Below are positions 15,201 to 24,891 of a stretch of DNA of 64,000 nucleotides, one piece after another (the first letter of the stretch is position 1; each line of letters opens with the position of its first letter). The notes beneath the pieces were generated by a model, which saw only the letters and a list, made by a program, of their open reading frames with translations, had not been told where the DNA came from and did not search any database. Location of the stretch: NCBI GenBank assembly GCA_051294375.1, contig CM119263.1, positions 24,656,688-24,720,687 of the forward strand, read 5' to 3'. The translations under genes and the position numbers were made by a program. This DNA is from Paraspadella gotoi. Taxonomy: Eukaryota; Animalia; Chaetognatha.

Positions 15201-18200
15201 AAGAAAAAAGTCACTGGCTTCTTTTTCTATAGCGGCTTCCTATAATAACGTAATTTGTTAAATGAGTTGAAAAACTTTTTATCTTTTCGATAGCGTGATA
15301 TTCGTCTGCCGCACGAAAGCTTGGAAGATCAAATTGGTCGGATAGTGGGACAAGTCGCGCCGTCCATGCTGTTGACGGGCATATCTGAATCTGTCGCCTT
15401 TTTTCTCGGCGCAATTACCGACATGCCAGCCGTTAAGATTTTCTCGCTTTATGCCGCCATGGCCGTGCTCATTGACTTCTTGTTGCAGGTCGACTACATA
15501 AAACATCTACAACTTAGTGTCAATTCAGAACTCACATTTTATTCCTTCCAGATTACTGCTTTCGTGGCTTTGCTCACTCTAGATGCCGCAAGACAAGAGA
15601 ACAACCAATTGGATGCTTGCTGCTGTTTCCGTATCAGTCCATCCATGCAGAAACCTGTGGGCCAGGAGAGTCTGTTATATCGTTTCTTTAAGTCCATTTA
15701 TGCGCCTTGGGTAACTTTTGAGCACCTTTTTAGATGCCATTTTTTTCGAATACGATGTATTATTTTGATGATTCTTTCCAAAGGTTTTGTCCGAATGGAT
15801 TCGCCCTTGCGTGATGACTATCTTTGTGGGTTGGATGTGCGCGTCGGTGGCCATGTCAACGTGGGTGACCATTGGATTAGACCAGCAGCTCTCGATGCCC
15901 CACGATTCTTATGTGATCGACTACTTCGACGCACTGTCGAAGGTTCACGTTGGTGCGCCGGTATATTTTGTCGTCAAGGATGGGATCGACTATACCAAGA
16001 CCGAAAATCAAAACATTTTTTGCGGCGGGAACGGCTGTCCCGAAAATTCTCTCATGGGTACGATTGTCCTTTTATTTTTTATAAGTTGTCTTGACTTTTA
16101 TTTATTTATTTAATTTTTTTTTTAGGCAAAATTTATTCGTACAGCAAACAGGCGAACGCAACTACGATAGCGACGTCGGCCTCGTCGTGGTTGGACGATT
16201 ATTTTGACTGGGCCTCCCCCAGTGTAAGTACCCTAGTTTCCGTTCTTCTCGTCTAAGACACTAAACTACGCGACTTCTTTTGCAGCTTGGAGGGACCCCT
16301 TGCTGTCGATATGAGACTCAGCATCCCACGAATTTCTGCCCTGCGATTGAGAGATCCAAAGATTGTACCCCTTGCAACGTGAAGCAAGACGATCTTGGGC
16401 GACCCTTGGAGACGGAAGAGTTTAAAAAGTTTCTACCTTTCTTTCTCAAAGTTAGCAGAGACTCTAGAAACCGAATGTTATTTAAAAATTTTCCACCCCC
16501 TCATTGTCTGTTTTTTTTTTTCCTTCAGGACAATCCCAACGATCAATGTCCCAAAGGCGGGCACGCCGCTTACGGCGCCGCAGTCGAGTTCAAAGATCAA
16601 AACAAAACCCAAATCGGCGCCACTTATTTCATGGCCTATCATACAGGTTGGGTTGGATATAAAATACTCTTAGTCTTTTATATAGTAAGTACAAAAATAT
16701 TGGTACTAATTGATCGTGTTGTTTGAAAATTTTAAGCCTCTCAAAAGTCGGCCGGATTTATCAAGAGTTTAGAGTGGGGTAGAAAAATCTCCAACGAAAT
16801 AAACAAAGAATGGAATCAGACGGGGGTCGAGGTTTTCGCTTACAGGTAAGAGTAATTTTCATTTTTTTTACCTTAAAACGGACTTCGAATCGGAATTCGA
16901 ATCGAGGAAAATATGAAATTGTAAGCAATTGAGAGTTTTTTTCCTCATTTTTAATCTTCATACTTTTTGTTTTCTTTAACCCCCTTTTACCTTTGGTTTT
17001 ATCCTCGACTCTTGAAAGTATTTTCTACGTTTTTTACGAACAATACTTGACGATTGTTTCCGCTGCGGCGCTGAATCTGGGCCTCTGCGTCGTTGCCATC
17101 TACGTCATTTCTTTTGTCCTGTTGGGCTTCGACTTTTATGCGGCCTTTCTCATCGTCCTCACCATCCTCTTCATCATCATCGACATGTTTGGCCTCATGT
17201 ATCTATGGGATATCCCCCTTAATGCGGTGAGTTTTCCCACGGAAAAAGTTACTACTTATACAATATACATACTTATAAAACAAATTTAGCTTGTGGAGTT
17301 ACCACTGTTATTGCTAATTTTTTAAAAAATATATTTTATAATCAATCATTTTTTTCGGTTTATTTATTTTCGAAGTTTCAACTCTTGATAGTAGTTGTAT
17401 TACAATTATTGCCAATCAACATTCAAAAAAGTGTAATTGGTTCTTCTAAAATTATCCGCTTCTTGCTGTGCCAAGCCTTTTTCGGCGCATTCCAATCCTA
17501 TTTATTCCATTCGATCTGAAAGGCTGAGCGGTAAAACTTCGCTTTGATTCTTGTGTATCAGAGCGAAACTGAAAACGGAATTAGGATTCGTTTTAAATAT
17601 ATCCTTAATGCACATTTTCATCAGGGCCTTGACCTGTAAAATATGCTGTTGAGGTGGTAATTGAATTAAAACTTTGAATGATGTGGAATGGACTTAAAAA
17701 AATAGTTATTAAATATTATGAAGAATTACGTACTGTTTTTTTTTTTAGTTTTTAAAGGGATTCATTACCGTAAAAACCTTTTGGTACTAAGACGTAAATT
17801 TTTTTTGTGCGATATAATTTCATTACTTTTGAAACCGGATGTTTTAATGTCACTTATCGTCTGACTTAAGTCTACATTTTTTTTATTTTTGTTACTTTTT
17901 TCAAACTTGAGAAGCTCTTCGTTCTTTTTCTGTTATTAATATTTTTTTATTATTATTATTACTTTTTTTGGCTTTGCACCATTGTCTTGTGGTAATCAAT
18001 ATCTTAATGATTTTTTATACGAAGTTTAATTTTTGTAAGTGAAAGCTAAAGATTGTTTGTGTCATATTGTTGTGGCAACGTAACTATTTCCAATTCTAAC
18101 TTTCCCAGGTTTCTGTGGTCAATCTCGTGATGACGGTGGGGATCGGAGTCGAGTTTTGCTCCCACGTGGTTCGTGCGTTCACACTTAGTACTGAAAAGAC

Positions 18201-20434
18201 TCGCGTCGACCGCGCGCTTGATTGCCTAATTCACATGGGATCCTCCGTCTTTTCGGGTATCGTCAAAATTCTTATATTTTGTACTAGGTCGCCCAAAATT
18301 ATTTTCTTAATTAAAACGTCCGACTGAAGCTCGCACGTTTAAGGCTTCCTCGGGTTATATTTTTAGCCGGATCTGCTTACAGCAGATTCGACTCTATAAT
18401 TTACTTTGTCGGTCCGTCGGTCCGCCCCCCAATCTTGTCGGTAAGTCACCTAAATCATAACAAAAAAAACTATAAAATATAAATATTGATAGTAAATTAT
18501 ATTATATAAAAAAGATTGCAAGATTAACCATAACTTATCATCTGATTAGCTGTTCACCGACTAATGACCGTGGGCAGATTCGGCATATTTGCTCAAACTT
18601 ATTTTGAAATTAAATCGGCTTATTATTAACCTTTTTATGTAGGCATTACACTGACCAAGTTTGGAGGCATAATCGTGTTATACTTCGCCAAATCGCAGAT
18701 CTTTCAGATCTTTTACTTTCGGATGTACGTCGGCATTGTCATTTTCGGAGCTCTTCATGGCTTGGTTTTCCTTCCCGTCTTGTTAAGTTATATCGGTAAG
18801 TGTATTTGACTCAAACCACCGCTGAAGATTTTTCTCAGTTCTAACCCCCTGTCTCTAAGCCGTTTTTCCTTTCTTAAAAATTTCGTTTATTTTAACTATT
18901 TCTATCAGTCAAAAAGAATGAAAGCCATAACTCATCTCAGTCCTCGACACGTTTTTCCTCATCTCTCGAACCCCTTAATTTTTTCCTTTCGGAACGAAGT
19001 GTTCCGAATACTCAACTTTTCGGGTCAATTCGTACAATGGGGTTAAACGTCCTTAGTTTAAGGGTTGCGGGGTTAACAGATGGGGATTGGGGAGTGATAA
19101 GAATCAGAAGTGAGTGAATGGGAAAATGTTCAGCTTTTTTCTTCTATACTCCGTATTGTTCCCTTATTTATAATTATTTTTGGGGTCTAGAAAGCGTCCT
19201 TTTTCCCTTGATCCTCAAGCCCCCTTTTACGATTCAATTTTTTTTTACTATTTTCGTTGGAACAAAACTTTTTCACTTTGTTTTCCCTTTAAAACCCCGT
19301 TGAATGGTGAATGTTACCAAATCTTTTACGGTCTGTTTGATCGTTAAATCCGTTCTGTTCGAGATTATTTAGTTATTTCGCTATCATGTTGCTAGTCTGG
19401 ATATTTCCTAACCAAAAAAAATGTTTTTCTCTCTCCCGACTCTAATAAAAGGGGGCCGCTGTCGAATTCTACCCTTTGAAACCTCGCCCACCAAATCTGT
19501 CATTGATTTTCCTAAATCCTTCTCGCGATTGCCTTTCGTTGAGGAGAGCATTCACGAATCCAGGCGCGACTCATCGCGCGCGTCAAAACTTGCGTGAAAT
19601 GTAGATACGTATTCTTTTCGTCCCTGCTAAAGATACCATTAAAGATTCACAATAACCAGCACAACTTACAAAGAAATGTGGGAAATCGGATGAGTTACTT
19701 AAGTTTGGATAACTTCATACTATACGTAGATTGCCGGAAAAATTTTACTAACAAAAAATTATTGGAACATTAACAGAATCTTATATCTTTCATCTTTATA
19801 AATATCAGGCATCAATTTAGGTTTCTTCGGTTGTCAAACCAAAGTATCTTGCCAAATTAAAAAAAATATAATAATCACTGAATTTTTTAAACCTTGTTGG
19901 CTATATTGAGTTTGTCATGTTGCTAACGTGACTACTGAATAGCATTACGTTTTCAAAATCTCGTATAGAAAAAGAAGCACGTATGTAAGAAAAAAGTGCC
20001 CTTTTGGTTTTGATACGAATGGGAGAAAGGACCGACTACGCAATACTAGTCTCGATGCGTGTTTTCTCTTTGTTAATGAACGCTTTGTGTAAATAAGGTG
20101 CTGCTAGCAGATCTGCAGCTTGAGGGGATTATAATGAGGGATCACGAAAAATAAGTAACAAAAGAGACTACAAATATGTTCATGAAAATTTCATAGGATT
20201 ACGTTCATTCATTAAATCATTCAAAATTTTATTTTGTTTTTATTATTATTATTATTAAATTCATTTACACTGTATTCATTTTATGTATTCATTTTTTTTT
20301 CAGGCCCTGCTGTTAACAAGGTGCGTGTGTTCGAGATGCAAAAAGGCCAAGAACTCACGAATTCCATGTGCTTATCGTCCAAAGCTGCCCAAAAACTGGG
20401 AGACGACAGCGAGCGTCACTTCAGAATCCTTTGA
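358..20434 (+). CDS. NPC1: Niemann-Pick C1 lysosomal cholesterol transporter, multi-exon; 5' start uncertain
   Basis: Phase-consistent GT-AG exons: (358 or 451)-531, 613-703, 1231-1410, 1487-1643, 1717-1880, 2013-2114, 2192-2324, 6814-6967, 9850-9970, 11136-11268, 12063-12201, 12274-12509, 12581-12787, 12953-13154, 13678-13860, 15294-15488, 15552-15710, 15784-16057, 16126-16223, 16286-16450, 16529-16646, 16737-16845, 17019-17226, 18109-18256, 18643-18795, 20304-20434. Motifs: N-terminal domain [27 protein letters not shown]; TDPVDLWS; [11 protein letters not shown]; sterol-sensing domain [19 protein letters not shown]; [10 protein letters not shown]; CPKGGHAAY; GIGVEFCSH; GITLTKFGG; [15 protein letters not shown]; C-terminal ERHFRIL resembling a dileucine sorting signal. 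Confidence 0.96.
2431..2657. repeat. 19-bp minisatellite (TTTCATTTCTTTCAACTCG), ~12 copies
   Basis: Direct reading; explains the repetitive ORFs at 2416-2727. Confidence 0.95.
2665..3150. repeat. 22-bp minisatellite (TTGGTTATCATTGCATTAATAA), ~22 copies
   Basis: Direct reading; degenerate relatives at ~36410-36545. Confidence 0.95.
3545..6208. mobile_element. Non-autonomous foldback DNA transposon with long imperfect TIRs, flanked by (TA)n
   Basis: Left ttagagttccccagcctcaaaaaa..cactcggtccggtttcc..acccaatcgagcgtcaaagt versus right actttgacgcttcattgggt..ggaaaccgaaccgagtg..ttttttgatactggggaggtctaa; both ends abut TA runs. Confidence 0.7.
5497..5700 (+). repeat. ~200-bp dispersed repeat (near-identical copy at 6476-6678; reverse copy 28980-29130; fragments ~9735-9797 and 23184-23227)
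   Basis: Shared gatagggaagccaggttcactgggagtg...gaatggataatttttatattggttgtaccaatttcat. Confidence 0.85.
7575..8178 (+). mobile_element. Helentron/DINE-1-like non-autonomous element, family A
   Basis: 5' palindrome tctgct..agcagattccgactctataattcactttgtcggtc, internal 18-bp repeat ccaaattatgccagttga, 3' gtagatccg..tgtttgct..aactttt; T-rich flanks. Confidence 0.65.
8690..9208 (-). mobile_element. Helentron/DINE-1-like element, family A
   Basis: Reverse copy with ccggatctgcttacagcagattccgg palindrome and (GGAC)n microsatellite near 9057-9077. Confidence 0.7.
11298..12030 (+). mobile_element. Helentron/DINE-1-like element, family B (5'-truncated)
   Basis: Colinear with 29540-30580; ends tgcgatcgcgacgatccttatgcttttaagattttt. 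Confidence 0.7.
18362..18605 (+). mobile_element. Helentron/DINE-1-like element, family A (short copy)
   Basis: Same 5' palindrome, gtcggtccgtcggtcc and 3' gggcagattcggcat..tttgctcaaactt. Confidence 0.7.
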
Positions 20435-21609
20435 CGGCTAGCCTTGAAAAAATGTGCCCACGAAATTTGTCCTAATTCTTGGAAATTCTTATTGATACTA
20501 TTTTTGTATCGTTTTCATTTATCATGAAGTTTTTATTTTTCTATGACGCTTGTTTGTCTCATTTAAGACTTTTATCCACGCGTGGCTTTTCTCCGATACT
20601 TTAATGAAGTATAATTGGGATATTCACTTTTTGAGAATCTTAATCGCTTTAATGTGAAAGTTAAATTGTGTTTTTGATCAGGTGATCAGTATGCAAAAAA
20701 AATAAATAAATGAATAAAAGAAGCTGCCATAGTGAAAAATTATTTTATCGAATTTAACTTTAAGATCCAAATGTGGGTTATGAGACCTATCTCTCTTTTG
20801 TTCATTGAAGTCAGAAAGTTATTTATATAAAATTCTTTATCTTGGATTCTTTTTAGTTAGTGATTCAGTTTGACTACTGTATATGTACATTCATTTTTTT
20901 TTAATATGCAAATCAACGTTATAGGTCTATTCGATTCTACCTATGGGATTTACAATTGCAAAGCTAGAAATATTATATTTTGATATATTTACTTTATTAT
21001 TATCTCTAAAGCAGTCCGTTCCATTATTTATCAACTAAAAAATAACATTAAGTATTTACTAAACGTGCTAATTATTTTATTTAACCAATAACATATCTTC
21101 CGCATATTGTTCGATACATGCTTTTCTTGTCTCTTCTCCCCATCTTCACTAATTTTAATTTAGCTTGCCTTGATCTTCTGATAAAAGGAAAAGCCTCCTC
21201 ATTTTATTTGGGTTTTTTCCGTTTTCTCCGGCTGCGTTTCATCGGCAATTTGAACTGGTAATAAGAGGCGAATCTCTTCTCGGCGTTAGTCTTTAGTTTT
21301 TCTGGTCCATCTCATTGTCTGGCTCGCCGTCACATGCTGCTCCCGTGCGTTCGGCTCCTCTCGTCACTGGAGAGACCTGAAGAGGTCGGAGTCATCGCAC
21401 TACCTCACTTTAGTAAAGAAAACGTGATCTTCACGATATAAGACTAATTTCTACTAATTTCGCTTCATGGTACAAGTTCAATTGTCTCGAGAAGTAGTTG
21501 TAATTTGGATAAAAAAGTTTCTTTCGAGGGAATTTAAAATGGCACTTTTTTATCTTTTAGGTCTTTTTTTCCCCCGTTTTTATACTGGAAAACTTTTTAA
21601 TCAATAGCA

Positions 21610-24334
21610 ATGAATTCCGACCGCGCGGCGAAACTGAAGCAGATGAGCGAGGATGTTAGAATCGGTGGCAAAGGTGAGCACCAATCATTCGGGTTCTCAT
21701 GAATTAAAAATATTTCATATTACCTTTCTGCGAATTGGTTTGAAAATTGTTTAGGGTACCTTACATAAGATTATGTTGTCCTACAGGGTCTGCCCGAAGA
21801 AAGAGAAAAGTGGTTCACCGAACGGCCGCCTCCGACGATAAGAAGCTTCAAGCTTCACTCAAAAAGTTAATGATGAATAATATTCCAGGTTATGTCTCGT
21901 TTGTCATCAATGTTAGAGTAAACGTGAGGTGAGCAAAGGTTAAATTAAATTTTCCTCTCAATTCGTAGGAATCGAGGAGGTGAATATGATCAGAGATGAC
22001 GGTCACGTGATTCATTTTAACAACCCCAAAGTACAGGTCCGTTTTCTTATTTTTAGTATTTTAATTTTTCGCTTGCGCGATACATTAGATACTTCTTACT
22101 TAGCCCCCATTTGGGTAACTTTACTATTCGACGTCCGCCACCGGTCGGTGCTTTGTTAATCCATTTAATTTTGTTTTCGCTCTAGCGTTGACTCAGTTTG
22201 CGCAATAATATACATTTTTTTTTGTTCAGTAATACAAATTATATACTTTTATAATAAATAATAATTGTTTTAAATTTATTTTAATTGCTATTTTTATGTT
22301 AGAGGTAGAAAATAAATTGTTTACGTCGGAGTTTTATAAAGAAACGTAAATTTCGGGCATGTTTCGGCTTCAATGTAGGCTTCAAAAACGAATTGATTTG
22401 TGAAACAAATATTTTTTCAGACTCTCTCTTTCTTCAAACTTCGTCTGTAAAAATATTGGTTTCACAAATCAATTCGTTTTTGCGCTGATGAAGGTTTACA
22501 TTGAAGCTGAAACATGTCCGAAATTTATGTTTCTTAATAAAACTCCTTGTACGTAAACAAATAAGGAAAAAAAGGGAAAAAATAATATTTTTATGTTGTA
22601 AACGGTTAGCAATTGGGTTAAGGTTGGTTAGGGATTAGGGGTGGTTAGGGATTTGTAATAAAAAGTTTTTCTACCAATGTTTTTTTTATTTTTGCGTAGC
22701 GTGATTTCTATACGTCGCTCATAGGAAGCAGGGAAAAAAATTAAAAATTAAAAATTAATCGACCGAAAAATCCCGGTCGGCGAATGTAAAAATAAGCCAT
22801 TCGTTTTATTGAATCAGGCATCATTGGCGGCCAATACCTTTGCAATCACCGGGCACGCTGAAACTAAGCTCGTCACTGAAATTCTTCCTCAAATCATCAA
22901 CCAACTCGGACCCGATTCTCTACGTCATCTTTACCAGGGTGGCCGGAAAGACGCAGGAGACTTGAACGGACATCCGGGTGGTTAGTTGTCGTACTTTTCA
23001 GATAAAGCGATCCTACAAATAATAATCAGCTTTGAAAATGATTTCAGGAAATATAACGAGTCTCTAATTTAAAGCAAATCAGTGTTACACGGTAACTTAA
23101 CGTGTTTAAACATATACTCCTTTGTCCCCCTAATGGCTCTTATCAAAATTAAGAGGTTCCGCCGGATATTGACACTTTCTATTAAATTGGTACAACCAAT
23201 ATAAAAATTATCCATTCATTTAATAAATATATTTTAGTTTACGATTTTTCACTTTAGACCCGATCGTTGAAGACGACGAAGACGTTCCTGAACTCGTCGA
23301 GAATTTCGACGCCCCCTCAAAGAACGAAAGTAAAGTCGGTGATGGTGAGAGATTCTAAATATTTTTCGCACATTTAATTTAGATAAAACAAAGTATATAT
23401 GTGTTAGAAACAACGATTTATTTGTATATATTCGGACATGTTTCGACTCTAGTTCGAGCCTTCATCAGCGCTTTGAAGGCTCGAACTAGTCGAAACATAT
23501 CCGAATATGTACAAATAAATCGTTGTTTGTAACAAATATAAAAAAATTTCTCTCTAAATTCCAAATCACAAAAAAACAAATGAATACATCATCGCACATT
23601 TAAATATTATATAATTGCTATTGAATGATCTTAGGGGTCTTGCCTGAATATGACGGGTAAATATATTCTAAATATTTTGTACGATTTACCTATTAAATTT
23701 TGACAGACTAGGGTGTATCCGTTTCTTTAATTTTTCAAGTGAATATGTATTGGGGTCAATTTTGATCCCCATATCAGATGATATGCCACCTCTGGTCGAA
23801 GCCCCTATTGCTTCGGGTGAACCGCCCCTACAATCAGCACCATCTATCCCTAATGCCCCCACCGCCGAGACGGAGGAATCGCCTTCCAAAGGGTCTTCTT
23901 CCAAGGGCGGTGAGTGTAATATACAGGGAGGTTCAGCTCTTTTGGGACTAACTTAATAAAATCGTTTGGACGGGTAAATAAAAAAAAAATTGAATGAAAA
24001 TTAGTAAAAATTAGTAAAATTAGCCCTTTCGGAATGCTATTATTTCTGTCACAAAAATCGCTGTCAGAATATCGAGATGATGAGTGTAGTGTAGAGATGA
24101 GGCGTGGAACATTCCGCTTCTGTATCCTACTTTTTCGTCAATCATAAACAGTTTTTTTGCTGTAAGCACTTTAAATTATTCCCATAAGAGCTGGACCTCC
24201 CTGTAAAGGAGCTCGAGCGGATTAAAAATGAAAGTAACTTGACTTCAACAATACCAACTTCAGGAGCAGTCAAGGATTCTACCGATACCGGTGATGACGC
24301 CGATGATGATACAGAGGACGATAAACCCGAGTAA
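21610..24334 (+). CDS. BTF3: Transcription factor BTF3 / nascent polypeptide-associated complex beta subunit, ~228 aa, 7 coding exons
   Basis: Exons 21610-21673, 21787-21888, 21969-22036, 22818-22980, 23258-23344, 23778-23909, 24264-24334 splice in frame: [85 protein letters not shown]. The last two exons are less certain. Confidence 0.95.
22317..22560 (+). mobile_element. Short foldback Penelope-like element in BTF3 intron 3
   Basis: Imperfect ~105-bp inverted arms (ttgtttacgt...cagac / gtctg...acgtaaacaa); intact hammerhead in the right arm, decayed one in the left. Confidence 0.7.
22482..22520 (+). ncRNA. Minimal type I hammerhead ribozyme motif
   Basis: CG CTGATGA A GGTTT acattg AAGCT GAAA CATG TC|CG: full core, wobble-rich stem II, palindromic stem III ACATGT. 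Confidence 0.7.
23366..23603 (+). mobile_element. Short foldback Penelope-like element in BTF3 intron 5
   Basis: ~95-bp arms with almost no spacer, hammerhead(s) at the centre, 31-nt tail, direct repeat TCGCACATTTAA at 23366-23377 and 23592-23603. Confidence 0.78.
23433..23470 (-). ncRNA. Minimal type I hammerhead ribozyme motif
   Basis: Minus strand CG CTGATGA A GGCTC gaacta GAGTC GAAA CATG TC|CG. Confidence 0.78.
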
Positions 24335-24891
24335 TACTAGAACAAATTTACAATGTACATCGAATTACATTGAAGAAAAAACTTTCATCTTTTCATTGTT
24401 TTGCCCTTTCTAGATTGTTGACAGTGTTTTCTTGCTTGTTGTGCTCTTTTTACTTAAAATAAATGATCCAGGTATTTCTTTTTTTATTAATTAAAATAGG
24501 ATGCTTGTTTATTATTAACAACAGTAAGTTTCATTTTATTTTATTACGTGCTTTGGTTTTTTTGTTTTGTTTTTTTGTTTTGTTTTTATTTAAGCCACAG
24601 CCAATGCATTATTTATATAAACTAGTTATTTCAAATTATCTAGTTTGCCATAAGGATAACTTATTAATACAGTAAGTCGAACAAGTTTCAAGCATGAGGC
24701 TTAGTTATCTAGACAAAACCTTGCTCCGATGCTAAAAGATTCTAATGTAGAGGTGATACCGCCAGCAATTCTCTTGTTCAAGCGTAAATAATCTCGGCCC
24801 TTGATTGACTCAACTGAGCGTGAGCTTGAAAATTTTGTGTTGTCAGGAGCGCCAATACGAATTGTTGACGGGGTTACAAATAGTACCGCCA

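Noticed and set aside
17575-17628. Minus-strand CTGATGA with a 7-bp stem II-like hairpin
   Set aside because: Followed by AAAAC instead of GAAAC, with no stem III/GUC geometry; not counted as a ribozyme.
451-20434. Non-canonical introns or an alternative genetic code
   Set aside because: Every NPC1, BTF3, Roco and WDR54 exon could be joined with GT-AG boundaries and the standard code, with no in-frame stops.
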